DNA of 64,000 bases. Source: Candidatus Kaiserbacteria bacterium. Lineage in GTDB: Bacteria; Patescibacteriota; Minisyncoccia; Phycocordibacterales; UBA918. A program made the position numbers and the translations under genes. Below are positions 39,472-48,716 of this stretch, piece after piece. The stretch is from positions 304,539 to 368,538 of the forward strand of contig JAHQWD010000003.1 of assembly GCA_019634005.1 (NCBI GenBank), read 5' to 3'. The notes under the pieces are model-generated. The model saw only the letters and a program-made list of their open reading frames with translations. It was not told the DNA's origin and searched no databases. The first letter of the stretch is position 1; each line of letters opens with the position of its first letter.

Positions 39472-41229
39472 ATGAGTACCCTTGAACACAAACGACACAC
39501 TCTCGCCCATCTCCTGGCGGCGGCAGTTGTACAACATTATCCCAATGCAAAGCTTACACTTGGACCTGCTATTGAAAACGGCTTCTACTATGATATCGAC
39601 TTCGGCGATGAGACCTTCAGCGAAGATGATTTGAAGCGTATACAAAAAACCATGAAGAAGACACTTTCCTCATGGAAAGAGTTTACCCATGAAGAAGTCT
39701 CTCCCGAACAGGCACGAGAAATGTATGCGGACAATCCATTTAAATTGGAACTCATAGATGACATCGTAGAGAAAGGAGAGAAAATTACACTCTACACCGC
39801 AGGAGATTTCACTGACCTCTGTCGCGGTGGACATGTTGAGAATCCTGCAGAGGAGATTAGTGCTGATACCTTCAAGTTAGATAAAGTTGCAGGAGCATAC
39901 TGGCGTGGCGACGAGAAGAACCCGATGCTTACCCGTATCTACGGACTTGCATTTGACACCAAGGAAGACCTTGAAGCCTATGAGAAACAGCAAGAAGAGG
40001 CAAAAAAGCGAGACCATCGAAAACTTGGAAAGGAGTTAGACCTCTTTACGTTTTCAGACCTTGTAGGGCCTGGACTGCCTCTCTACACACCGAAAGGACA
40101 GCTCATGCGTGAGTCAATCACCGATCTTCTTTGGAACATTTCTAAGAAATATGGATATCAAAAGGTGTCGATCCCGCACATTACAAAAGTAGACCTCTAT
40201 GAGACAAGCGGTCATGCTGCTAAGTTCAAAGATGAGTTCTTTTATGTTGACGGAGCACAGAGTGGTGACAAGTTTGTACTCAAGCCAATGAACTGTCCGC
40301 ATCATACACAGATCTACGATTCTAAACCTCGCAGCTACAAGGAGCTCCCGATTCGTATGTCTGAAGTAACCCATATGTATCGAGATGAAAAACCGGGGCA
40401 ACTCGTAGGACTCTCTCGAGTACGAGCGATTACCATTGATGATGCACACATCTTCTGTACACCTGAACATATCAAAGATGAAGCAATAAACATTGTAAAG
40501 ATTATTGAGGAGTTCTATACCTCATTTGGTCTCTGGAATAAGGGTGAGACGTTCTGGGTATCACTCTCTGTTCGTGACCCTGAGAAGCCAGAAGACTACC
40601 TTGGAGAAGATGAAAACTGGAACAAGGCAGAGCAGTATCTTCAGGAAGTATCCGATGAACTTGGACTTGACGCAAAACGTATTGAAGGTGAAGCTGCCTT
40701 TTATGGTCCAAAACTAGACTTCATGTTTACCGATGCGTTGGGACGCGAGCGACAACTTGCGACTATTCAATTGGATTTTGTCATGCCTGAGCGCTTTGGA
40801 TTGGAATATGTTGATAAGGACGGAGAAAAGAAGATCCCCGTTATGATACACCGTGCAATTGCAGGATCACTCGAGCGATTTATGGTGATCATGATAGAGC
40901 ACTTCGCGGGAGCATTTCCACTTTGGCTTGCACCAGAACAAGTACGCATCGTACCTGTTGCTGAGGCGCACCTTCCGTATGCAAAAGAGGTGCTTCAAAA
41001 ACTTTCCGATGCAGACCTTCGGGTCACACTTGATGACTCTAAAGAGTCTATGGGAAAGAAAATCCGTGGCGCAAAGAAAGATAAACTCCCCTACTTCATT
41101 GTTATCGGAGACAAAGAGGTGGAGGAGGAGACTGTTACCCTGGAGTCTCGAGACGACACCTCAGAGACATACTCCCTTTCTGATGTCGTAACACTCCTCA
41201 CCAAAGAACGAGACGAACGTTCTCTCTAA
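39472..41229 (+). CDS. thrS: Threonyl-tRNA synthetase (short form lacking the N-terminal TGS domain)
   Basis: Class II motifs (FRDE-like YRDEKPGQLVGLSRVRAITIDDAHIF; motif 3 region GAFYGPKLDF) and a C-terminal anticodon-binding domain. Start at ATG 39472 just after the T-box terminator. Confidence 0.9.
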   Translation: MSTLEHKRHTLAHLLAAAVVQHYPNAKLTLGPAIENGFYYDIDFGDETFSEDDLKRIQKTMKKTLSSWKEFTHEEVSPEQAREMYADNPFKLELIDDIVEKGEKITLYTAGDFTDLCRGGHVENPAEEISADTFKLDKVAGAYWRGDEKNPMLTRIYGLAFDTKEDLEAYEKQQEEAKKRDHRKLGKELDLFTFSDLVGPGLPLYTPKGQLMRESITDLLWNISKKYGYQKVSIPHITKVDLYETSGHAAKFKDEFFYVDGAQSGDKFVLKPMNCPHHTQIYDSKPRSYKELPIRMSEVTHMYRDEKPGQLVGLSRVRAITIDDAHIFCTPEHIKDEAINIVKIIEEFYTSFGLWNKGETFWVSLSVRDPEKPEDYLGEDENWNKAEQYLQEVSDELGLDAKRIEGEAAFYGPKLDFMFTDALGRERQLATIQLDFVMPERFGLEYVDKDGEKKIPVMIHRAIAGSLERFMVIMIEHFAGAFPLWLAPEQVRIVPVAEAHLPYAKEVLQKLSDADLRVTLDDSKESMGKKIRGAKKDKLPYFIVIGDKEVEEETVTLESRDDTSETYSLSDVVTLLTKERDERSL

Positions 41230-41230
41230 A

Positions 41231-41263
41231 CAAAAACCCCGAGCTGTTGCTCGGGGTTTTTGT
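41231..41263. terminator. Bidirectional rho-independent terminator (thrS / surface protein convergent)
   Basis: AACCCCGAGC-TGTT-GCTCGGGGTT hairpin flanked by A5/T5. Confidence 0.8.
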
Positions 41264-43603
41264 TTATGCGTCCTCGATAATAGACTCAATACGTTTTCGA
41301 TCAAGGGCAATCCAGCCATCTTCCATCGGGAATGTCGCTTTTGCAAGATCAGCAATCTTGTTAAAAAGATAAAGCTGCTCTTGTTCTGTCTCTGCTTGTT
41401 CTCGTATGAATGCTCCCGCATCTGGTGCAAGGAGAATACGCTCTTCCTCAGCACGCCTTCGGAGTGTTGAACGTCGATCTATAGCTGGTTCCTCCGCCAC
41501 AAAAGTCCCCATATCCTCTGGTACATCTGGTTTAGGAGTCTCGACTGGTGCAACACTTGCTACTGCTTGTGTTGTAGATGCAACTGCGGGTCGTTTATGT
41601 ATAACGAGTATATAAGCAATACCAACTCCCCACAGTGCAAGAATAGTGTAGAAGAGGGTGGTAAGAAGTGGTCCTGCCTCAAATCCAGTGTATGGCACAT
41701 TTGATACTGCAATACCAGCAACCTGTCCCGTACGAGTAATATTTGCTGAAGCTACAGAACCGCCATTCTCATCTACTTCGATACGTACACTACATGTACG
41801 ACTACCGTCCTCATTGTATACGGTCAGCGTATAGCGCGTATCTTCGTCTGGGTACACGTAGATACTATCGTCGTCTTCATCATAGTCCTTTCGATCGCGG
41901 GAACTGTGTCGTGTATCGAAATACTCTTCTCCGTGATCATCGCGGAGTCGTATGTCATCTGCTCGCTGGTTATCCCATGAGAGACGCACACGATCTCCCT
42001 CATCGATATCATCATCTGAGGCATCAAGGTCACATCGTGGACGGTCGTTATCGTCATCATCGTCATCGACATTGATGAATTCGCTACAAGTCACCTGATC
42101 CCCTCCGCTTGATGCGGTAAGAATATAGTGGTCATCATCTTCGTCTGCCTCAAGCCAAATTGACCCATCTTGAGAGACATGGCCAACACCATTGTTAATA
42201 TAGACTTCATCGGCACCAGTGGTACTCCAGAAGAGACGGAAATCGTCACCTTCATCAACCGTAGAAGGGCTTGCATAGAACGAATCACAAGAGAGATCAT
42301 TATGGCTTACAGGTGTGTCATCTTCGACAACTACTGACTCGGTACACGTTACCATCTCTCCTTCACTATTCTCTGCGGTGAGTGTGTAGGTTGTATTGTT
42401 AGATGGAGAAACTGTTCGTGATCCATCAAGTGCAACAGAGCCGATCCCATGATTAATAGATACATTGACAGCGTCTGATGTATTCCAGATGAGTGTTGTA
42501 CTATCTCCATCATAAATGACTGCTGGAGATGCATAGAATGAGTTACACTGCGGAGCACCGATTGCCGTTGGAGTGTCCTTTTCGACAACTACTGACTCGG
42601 TACACGTTACCGTCTCTCCCTCACTATTCTCTGCGGTGAGTGTGTAGGTTGTGGTACTTGATGGAGACACAGTTCTCGATCCGTCGAGTGATACCGAACC
42701 AATTCCATTATCAATAGATACTTCAACAGCGTCTGATGTATTCCAGATGAGTGTTGTACTATCTCCTTCCGAAATAAATGATGGGGACGCGTAGAACGCA
42801 CCACACCGCGGCGCATCTATATCTACTGGGTGATGTGTTGTTGGGGCGTCAACATATACAGACGTATGACATGAAATGTCATACCCATCACCGTATGCAG
42901 TAAGTGTAAATGTACGAGATTGGTCCACAAAGATCGTTCGTGATCCATCTTTTGTTACACTCCCGATTCCACTAATCTGCACAACATCTGCATCTTTTGT
43001 GTCCCATGTAAGAGTTACATTACCGCCCCCTTCTGAGAGCGACGTCCTACTTGCTTTAAACTCTTTACAAACAGGATAGTCTCGATCCTTATTCTTACCA
43101 AAGCTAAATATGCTTCCACTATAACTTCCGCCGTAGCTGCTACCAGAATACCCGTATGAGCTTCCGGAATATGAATATATTGGAGTGTAGCTACCTCCGG
43201 AATAAGAGTAGTCCGATCCGCCGCTGTATGAATAATCTGAATCACCTGAGTACGAATAGTCTGATCCTCCTGAATATGAATAATCTGAATCACCTGAATA
43301 TGAGTAATCAGAGTCATTCGAGTACGAGTAGTCGGAACCACCACTATAGGAATAGTCAGAGCCATTTGAATATGAATAGTCAGATCCGCCGCTGTATGAA
43401 TAATCTGAATCACCTGAATATGAGTAATCAAATCCGCCGCCATAAGAGTAGTCTGATCCTCCTGAATATGAATAGTCAGATCCGCCTGAGTAAGAGTACT
43501 GTGCGAATACGGTCGTTGGTAGGAACACAAATACCAAAAGACCCATCGAGAATATCTTTCCGACTTTACCAAGAGTTTTCATACTAATATCTCTATAATT
43601 CAT
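41264..43603 (-). CDS. Large secreted, membrane-anchored surface protein with YSYSGGSD repeats and five Ig-like beta-sandwich repeats
   Basis: Signal peptide, then about 15 SDYSYSG(G) repeats. Five roughly 95-aa Cys-pair domains follow (P.C..FYASP...LIWNTSDA..VSI..GIGSV.LDGSRTVSPS..TTYTLTAENSEGE.VTCTESVVV). Then a poly-Asp region, the putative sorting-like motif VPYTG, a TM helix, HKR, and a roughly 110-aa cytoplasmic tail. Confidence 0.7.
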   Translation of the reverse strand: MNYRDISMKTLGKVGKIFSMGLLVFVFLPTTVFAQYSYSGGSDYSYSGGSDYSYGGGFDYSYSGDSDYSYSGGSDYSYSNGSDYSYSGGSDYSYSNDSDYSYSGDSDYSYSGGSDYSYSGDSDYSYSGGSDYSYSGGSYTPIYSYSGSSYGYSGSSYGGSYSGSIFSFGKNKDRDYPVCKEFKASRTSLSEGGGNVTLTWDTKDADVVQISGIGSVTKDGSRTIFVDQSRTFTLTAYGDGYDISCHTSVYVDAPTTHHPVDIDAPRCGAFYASPSFISEGDSTTLIWNTSDAVEVSIDNGIGSVSLDGSRTVSPSSTTTYTLTAENSEGETVTCTESVVVEKDTPTAIGAPQCNSFYASPAVIYDGDSTTLIWNTSDAVNVSINHGIGSVALDGSRTVSPSNNTTYTLTAENSEGEMVTCTESVVVEDDTPVSHNDLSCDSFYASPSTVDEGDDFRLFWSTTGADEVYINNGVGHVSQDGSIWLEADEDDDHYILTASSGGDQVTCSEFINVDDDDDDNDRPRCDLDASDDDIDEGDRVRLSWDNQRADDIRLRDDHGEEYFDTRHSSRDRKDYDEDDDSIYVYPDEDTRYTLTVYNEDGSRTCSVRIEVDENGGSVASANITRTGQVAGIAVSNVPYTGFEAGPLLTTLFYTILALWGVGIAYILVIHKRPAVASTTQAVASVAPVETPKPDVPEDMGTFVAEEPAIDRRSTLRRRAEEERILLAPDAGAFIREQAETEQEQLYLFNKIADLAKATFPMEDGWIALDRKRIESIIEDA
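42320..42835. repeat. Tandem direct duplication (2 x about 258 bp, roughly 90% identical) inside the surface-protein gene
   Basis: Seen directly: ...TTCGACAACTACTGACTCGGTACACGTTACC... recurs with a 258-bp period. It encodes two near-identical Ig-like domains. Confidence 0.8.
43105..43500. repeat. Short-period coding repeats (24/48-bp units) encoding the SDYSYSGG array
   Basis: Recurrent GATCCGCCGCTGTATGAATAATCTGAATCACCTGAATATGAGTAATCA-type units. Confidence 0.8.
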
Positions 43604-43742
43604 AACTATTCCACATCAAATCAATGTGTGTATCAATGGTGAAGATCTATTCACAACTGATACACAAATTGATTCTAAAGAATCAATTGAAAGAAAAGGA
43701 GTTGGATATCGGGCGTATTGCGCGCCCGATATCCTTATCTGT

Positions 43743-44570
43743 TTAGTCCCGCATGTCGACGCGATAGGAACCTTCCAGCGTGGCAAACCGACGACGATCT
43801 TTTTCGTCACCGGAGATATTCCCACAGGAGAAGAGGAGAAGAGGCTCTCCGTCGGGGTCGAGCAAAACATATTCGCCCTCCCGACACCCCCGTTGATACG
43901 TGAGATCGTTCTTCGAGCCTGAGAAATCGGTGCGGTTGATCCAGCGTCCTGAGAGAAGCTGGTCGGTGCACTTGACTTCTTTCAGCCCAGACAGAACTTG
44001 GACGACCTCCCGCCGATCTCGGAAGCTTCGTTGAAGGCGAACCTCCAGCATCGACACCCAGTTCTCCCACCGGATCCTGAAGAACCGGTTGTAGCTCTCG
44101 GGATCGGCGATGGAAGCGATGAACTCCCGCTGCCTTACCGAGTACGTCGGCCGGTTCCAGTAGTTCGGAAACCACCGAGTGGTGATGTCCGTGGCGGCTG
44201 GTTGTTGGTATTGCAGAGGTTCAGCCGAACCGTAGTCGCGATATTCGTCGCTGCTGCTGTTACGGAAATCAGCACACTCCCAGTCCTTGGGCCATTCGCG
44301 GATATACCGTTCGGTGCGGTTTCCGTTAGCCTCCGTCACATACCAAGCTTCTGACCTTGGTTTTTTACAACCGAGTGACAGCTTGTACTGGTCGAAGTCA
44401 GTCAATTCGGGGATCCACCCTTTATGCGGGATGGGGCACCATTTGACCCCTTCGATCACCTGACAGGAGGGGGCCTTCCCTGTTTTCGGATCGGGAGATT
44501 TGACGCCCGAAGGGTCCGTACACGCCCCCAGTGCCAGCAAAAGTGCTGACGAGATTACGAGTGCCTTCAT
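43743..44570 (-). CDS. Hypothetical Cys-rich lipoprotein (275 aa)
   Basis: Signal peptide with lipobox-like LALGAC and 10+ Cys. Strong SD AAAGGAGAG 8 nt upstream of the ATG. Hand-counted 100-nt samples give about 56-62% GC, against about 45% in the adjacent sortase gene. Confidence 0.5.
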   Translation of the reverse strand: MKALVISSALLLALGACTDPSGVKSPDPKTGKAPSCQVIEGVKWCPIPHKGWIPELTDFDQYKLSLGCKKPRSEAWYVTEANGNRTERYIREWPKDWECADFRNSSSDEYRDYGSAEPLQYQQPAATDITTRWFPNYWNRPTYSVRQREFIASIADPESYNRFFRIRWENWVSMLEVRLQRSFRDRREVVQVLSGLKEVKCTDQLLSGRWINRTDFSGSKNDLTYQRGCREGEYVLLDPDGEPLLLFSCGNISGDEKDRRRFATLEGSYRVDMRD

Positions 44571-44751
44571 GGCAGACTCTCCTTTCTTAAGATGAACATT
44601 CTACCTCCGTACATACGGAGGTAGACTCCTCGCTGTGCGAGGTTTCCTTCCAAGAAATTTTTCCAGAGAGAAAACCTCGTACATGCGTACAATACTCCAA
44701 AAATCTATAACCAGAGTATTATAAAGTATCTAAAAGGTATTGTCAATATAT

Positions 44752-45381
44752 CTAAGGGTTGAGTGGAAAGGAGTCAATGAGCACTGCTTCAACGATAAAT
44801 CGGTCATCCTTTGCACCAAACGTATTACACGTCACTAACGTAAGCCGTTTTTCTGTACTTTCAGTCTCTACTGTCGCCAGTGTCGCCTTCTCTTGATATG
44901 TTCTATCGACACGGTAGATGTACTCAAAATCGTTAGATTGTATCCGAATAAGGTCTCCCCACTCTAGGTCTTGGATTCCATTAAATGCCTGAAAGTTCCT
45001 ATTTTGTACCGTTGGAAGGTAGCTGGAATGTCCAAAAAGAAACATACCCCCTTCAGAGAGTAGATCTGCAGAGTCAGGATGACGTACCACTCCCGAGAGT
45101 AATGCATCATCAAGATCTACAATACTACGTGAAGAGGGATTAAGAATCGCTACCTCTTTGTTTAATTTATCAATGATGAGCTTATTTGGCGTTGCATCTT
45201 CTGCAATGACCCCATAAGTTTCAGTCATGACCACCTCTTCAGCACTCTTCGGTTCCTCTGGAATGAAATCCACCATATACAGCACCCCATAGGTGATGAG
45301 TATCACCACAAAAAAGGTGCCGAAAAAAGAGAATTTTCGCTCCCAGATACTCTCCAAGACATAATCGAGTGTTGCACGCAT
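44752..45381 (-). CDS. Sortase (transpeptidase) family protein
   Basis: N-terminal TM anchor, His motif LFGHSSY, catalytic TLVTC and a downstream Arg. Start at ATG 45381 with TATTAT 10 nt upstream. Confidence 0.75.
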   Translation of the reverse strand: MRATLDYVLESIWERKFSFFGTFFVVILITYGVLYMVDFIPEEPKSAEEVVMTETYGVIAEDATPNKLIIDKLNKEVAILNPSSRSIVDLDDALLSGVVRHPDSADLLSEGGMFLFGHSSYLPTVQNRNFQAFNGIQDLEWGDLIRIQSNDFEYIYRVDRTYQEKATLATVETESTEKRLTLVTCNTFGAKDDRFIVEAVLIDSFPLNP

Positions 45382-45391
45382 ATGTACCAAA

Positions 45392-45435
45392 ATAATACCC
45401 TACCCTTTGACATTGTCAATAGTATGTTGTAATAT
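45392..45435. promoter_or_regulatory. Divergent leaderless promoters sharing a palindromic -35 (TTGACATTGTCAA)
   Basis: Plus strand: TTGACA(45407-12)-17-TAATAT(45430-35), 9 nt from the CARDB ATG. Minus strand: TTGACA(45419-14)-16-TATTAT(45397-92), 10 nt from the sortase ATG. Confidence 0.5.
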
Positions 45436-45444
45436 GTGAGCATC

Positions 45445-46098
45445 ATGAATACCCACATTGCAGAACCGCAAAGTAGCAAAGCAATGAAAGCGCTCGCTTT
45501 TATTGGTCTTCTGGCTATTCTCTTCGCCATTCTCTTTGGTGTCGTAAAGCTTGTACAGCTCTCCTTCCCCGAGAATGCACAGTCCCCTGCCGCTGTTATT
45601 GAGAGTCAGGAACGAGTACCTGAAGCGGTTCCAGAGTCAGAGATTATTCCTGAACCAGAAATTACCGAGCCAGAACCTGAAGTGGTAATCCCAGAACCAA
45701 CTCCAGAGCCAGTTGTAAAACAACCAAAGCCTGTATATGTATCACAATACAACGATATTCAACTCTCTATCCAAAATATTGGATTTATCTCAGGAGGAAC
45801 ACTTTTTAGTTCACTGATTATCGACAGTAACATTCGTGGTGGTATCCAGTTTGCAGTAAAGAATATCGGTACACGATATTCCAACACATGGGATATGGAT
45901 ATCAACCTTCCAAACGGAGAAGATTACCGTATGAATACACAGCCAGGACTTGCACCAGGTGAAACTGCCTTTATCACTATTGGATTCGATCCAGATCGTC
46001 GTGACGGTACGTATACATTTGATGCGCGTGTCACCTCATATGGAGAGACGACAAACTCCAATAACTACGTCAGTGGTTCAATGACATTCATTGACTAA
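45445..46098 (+). CDS. Membrane-anchored protein with a C-terminal CARDB-like beta-sandwich domain
   Basis: N-terminal TM helix, P/E-rich linker, and a C-terminal domain resembling CARDB (LSIQNIG...AVKNIG...PGETAFITIGFDP...ETTNSNNY). Confidence 0.45.
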   Translation: MNTHIAEPQSSKAMKALAFIGLLAILFAILFGVVKLVQLSFPENAQSPAAVIESQERVPEAVPESEIIPEPEITEPEPEVVIPEPTPEPVVKQPKPVYVSQYNDIQLSIQNIGFISGGTLFSSLIIDSNIRGGIQFAVKNIGTRYSNTWDMDINLPNGEDYRMNTQPGLAPGETAFITIGFDPDRRDGTYTFDARVTSYGETTNSNNYVSGSMTFID

Positions 46099-46128
46099 GA
46101 AAAAATCCGACCAAGGTCGGATTTTTTA
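46099..46128. terminator. Bidirectional terminator (CARDB gene / gyrB convergent)
   Basis: AATCCGACC-AAGG-TCGGATT hairpin flanked by A6/T6. Confidence 0.75.
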
Positions 46129-48189
46129 GAGATCGATAGTCGCGTTCTTCGCATTCGACTGAATGAAGGACTTTCGACTCGATACGTCAGTACCCATCAA
46201 GATATCAAATACTTTGTCCGCCTCCACCGCGTCTTCTACGGTCACCTGCTTCAGGAGACGGTTCTCTGGGTTCATAGATGTCTCCCACAGCTCATCTGGG
46301 TTCATTTCTCCAAGACCCTTGTATCGTTGTAGTCGTACGCGAGAACTCTTCTTTGCTGTTGTTTCTTCTGTCTCTTCTTCATCTTCAGATTCAGTTTCTT
46401 CAGACACCTCTTCGCCAAGGTCCTTTAGGATAGAGAGCTTCTCATCTTCAGTATATGCATAGAACATTTCCTTTCCTTTCTGGATCTTATACAGCGGTGG
46501 CTGTGCGATATAGAGATACCCGCCATCAATAACTTCACGGAAGTGTCGGTAAAAGAGCGTGAGTAAGAGTGTACGAATGTGTGCACCGTCGACGTCCGCA
46601 TCTGTTGCGATGATAATTTTGTGATACCGAAGTTTTTCAATATCAAATACGTCTCCAATCGCAGTACCAAGCGCAATAACCAAGTTCTTGATCTGCTCAC
46701 TGTTGAGCATCTTATCAATACGCGCACGCTCTACGTTCAAAATCTTTCCACGAAGCGGCAAAATTGCCTGCGTACGCCGATCACGACCCATCTTTGCAGA
46801 ACCGCCCGCAGAGTCTCCCTCTACGATAAAGAGTTCTGCCTCCTCGGCGCTCTTGGTCTGACAGTCTGCCAATTTTCCAGGAAGTGTCATTCCTTCAAGC
46901 GCACCTTTTCGGAGCACAGAATCCTTCGCTGCTTTTGCTGCCTTACGTGCCTTCACCGCAAGTGTTGCCTTTCCAATGATTGCCTTCGCATCATCTGGAT
47001 TCTCCTCAAGGAATGTGTTGAATGCCTCACTGAAGACAGACTCTACCGCACCACGTGCCTCAACAGAACCGAGCTTCCCTTTTGTCTGTCCCTCGAATTG
47101 GATCTCTGGCATCTTCACGGAGATAACGGCAGTGATTCCTTCAAGAACATCGTCCCCCGTGAATGACCCGTCCTTCTCCTTGATGAGGTTGTTCTTCTTC
47201 CCGTAGTTATTAAGTGTACGAGTAAGCGCAGTCTTGAATCCAGTCACGTGTGTCCCCTGCTCTGGATTGTAGATATTGTTCGCAAACGCAGACAGACGAG
47301 ATGAGATATCATCCACGTACTGGAGTGCTACCTCTACCGCAAGCACTGCGTCGTCCACCTCTGTTTTTTCAATATAGAAAATGTTCTTGTGTACAGGTTT
47401 CTGATGCTGGTTATTGAATGCAACGAGAGATTTCAATCCTCCCTCGAAATAGAAGTTCATGCGTGGCACTTCCATCTTCTGGTCTCCAATGAAAAGCACC
47501 CCCTTCATATCGAGATTTTTTTCAGTCTTCTCATCCATCTCCCGTGCATCAATGACCTCGATACGCATTCCTTTCACAAGATACGCTTGCTGTCGCAAGT
47601 GCCCCACAATGCGTTTGAAGTCATATGCAATCTCCTTAAAGATTGCTTCGTCTGCTTGGAAAGTGATTGCGGTTCCGTTTAACTTTGATGCGGCTACCTT
47701 CTTCACTTTCGCTTTTGGCTTTCCGATGTTGTACTCCTGCGTGTAGTACCCACCATCGCGATGCACCTCTGCAATGAGGTGTGTTGAAAGTGCATTCACC
47801 ACAGACACACCCACTCCATGGAGTCCTCCAGATACCTTATACCCTTCTCCACCGAACTTTCCTCCCGCGTGAAGTGTCGTGAGAATAGTCTCAAGTGCGG
47901 ATGTCTTTGTCTGCTTGTGCTTATCAACGGGAATACCACGTCCATTATCTGCAACACGAATGTAGTTCCCAGGAAGAAGGGTCACCTCCACACGGTCTGC
48001 AAAACCACCCATGGCTTCGTCCCGAGAGTTATCAAACACCTCCCAGATAAGGTGGTGGAGCCCATCAGGCCCCGTGGTACCGATGTACATTCCAGGACGC
48101 TTGCGTACTGGCTCCAGTCCCTCAAGAACGCTAATAGCTGATGCATCGTATCCGCTCTTTTTCGTTGCTTTCTTTGCTGTTTTCGGCAT
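46126..48189 (-). CDS. gyrB: DNA gyrase subunit B
   Basis: 687 aa. GHKL ATPase N-terminus (EGLEPVRKRPGMYIGTTG, HHLIWEVFDNSRDEAM), TOPRIM (EGDSAGGSAKMGRDR) and a C-terminal domain. Could be parE, but gyrB is more likely. Confidence 0.85.
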   Translation of the reverse strand: MPKTAKKATKKSGYDASAISVLEGLEPVRKRPGMYIGTTGPDGLHHLIWEVFDNSRDEAMGGFADRVEVTLLPGNYIRVADNGRGIPVDKHKQTKTSALETILTTLHAGGKFGGEGYKVSGGLHGVGVSVVNALSTHLIAEVHRDGGYYTQEYNIGKPKAKVKKVAASKLNGTAITFQADEAIFKEIAYDFKRIVGHLRQQAYLVKGMRIEVIDAREMDEKTEKNLDMKGVLFIGDQKMEVPRMNFYFEGGLKSLVAFNNQHQKPVHKNIFYIEKTEVDDAVLAVEVALQYVDDISSRLSAFANNIYNPEQGTHVTGFKTALTRTLNNYGKKNNLIKEKDGSFTGDDVLEGITAVISVKMPEIQFEGQTKGKLGSVEARGAVESVFSEAFNTFLEENPDDAKAIIGKATLAVKARKAAKAAKDSVLRKGALEGMTLPGKLADCQTKSAEEAELFIVEGDSAGGSAKMGRDRRTQAILPLRGKILNVERARIDKMLNSEQIKNLVIALGTAIGDVFDIEKLRYHKIIIATDADVDGAHIRTLLLTLFYRHFREVIDGGYLYIAQPPLYKIQKGKEMFYAYTEDEKLSILKDLGEEVSEETESEDEEETEETTAKKSSRVRLQRYKGLGEMNPDELWETSMNPENRLLKQVTVEDAVEADKVFDILMGTDVSSRKSFIQSNAKNATIDL

Positions 48190-48279
48190 AAAAAATACTG
48201 AGCGAATATGCTCAAAATGTACCCATAGTATAGCAGATTTTTAGGAGAAAATCTTGCCTGATTTATACCCATTTTATAT

Positions 48280-48319
48280 AGAAAAACCGCCCAAAACGGA
48301 CGATTTTCCGTTGGGCGGG
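48280..48319 (-). terminator. Rho-independent terminator after the small membrane-protein gene
   Basis: CCGCCCAAAACGGA-CGATTTT-CCGTTGGGCGG hairpin with a U-run on the minus strand. Confidence 0.55.
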
Positions 48320-48330
48320 ATGCGCAAGGT

Positions 48331-48651
48331 TCAGAGCCACCTGCAGATGTATCGGAACTGGCGTTGACCGCCTGTAACAAACGGATTGCACCTGCGAACA
48401 AATACAATATAGACTGCGATAACCGCGGCTGGAGCAATCGGAACAGCAAACGCTGCGAGTGTTTGTTCCCAAAGCAGCCATTTCAGGAGTGTGTCCACTT
48501 CTGAGAATATGCCAGCGAGAATCAAACTGACCATACACAGAAGTAACATTATGACTGTGGTTAGCTCTAATACTGCGCTCAAATCTGCAGACAGCCACCC
48601 CCTTTTTGACGAACCGTCAAAAGGTAGCGCTATAATTCTACCTCCTAACAT
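48331..48651 (-). CDS. Hypothetical small membrane protein (106 aa, 2-3 TM)
   Basis: Hydrophobic ORF with its own downstream terminator. No domain recognised. Confidence 0.35.
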   Translation of the reverse strand: MLGGRIIALPFDGSSKRGWLSADLSAVLELTTVIMLLLCMVSLILAGIFSEVDTLLKWLLWEQTLAAFAVPIAPAAVIAVYIVFVRRCNPFVTGGQRQFRYICRWL

Positions 48652-48716
48652 CTCTATATCTCCTCGATAATTTCAAACCAATCTCAATATACTTCTCAAA
48701 ATCTGTAATGTCAACC

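Noticed and set aside
43015-43587. ORFs 43015-43572 (minus, alternate frame) and 43156-43587 (plus) rich in H/N/I/Q
   Set aside because: They are alternate-frame and antisense translations of the SDYSYSGG repeat DNA. The in-frame surface protein with a signal peptide explains the region.
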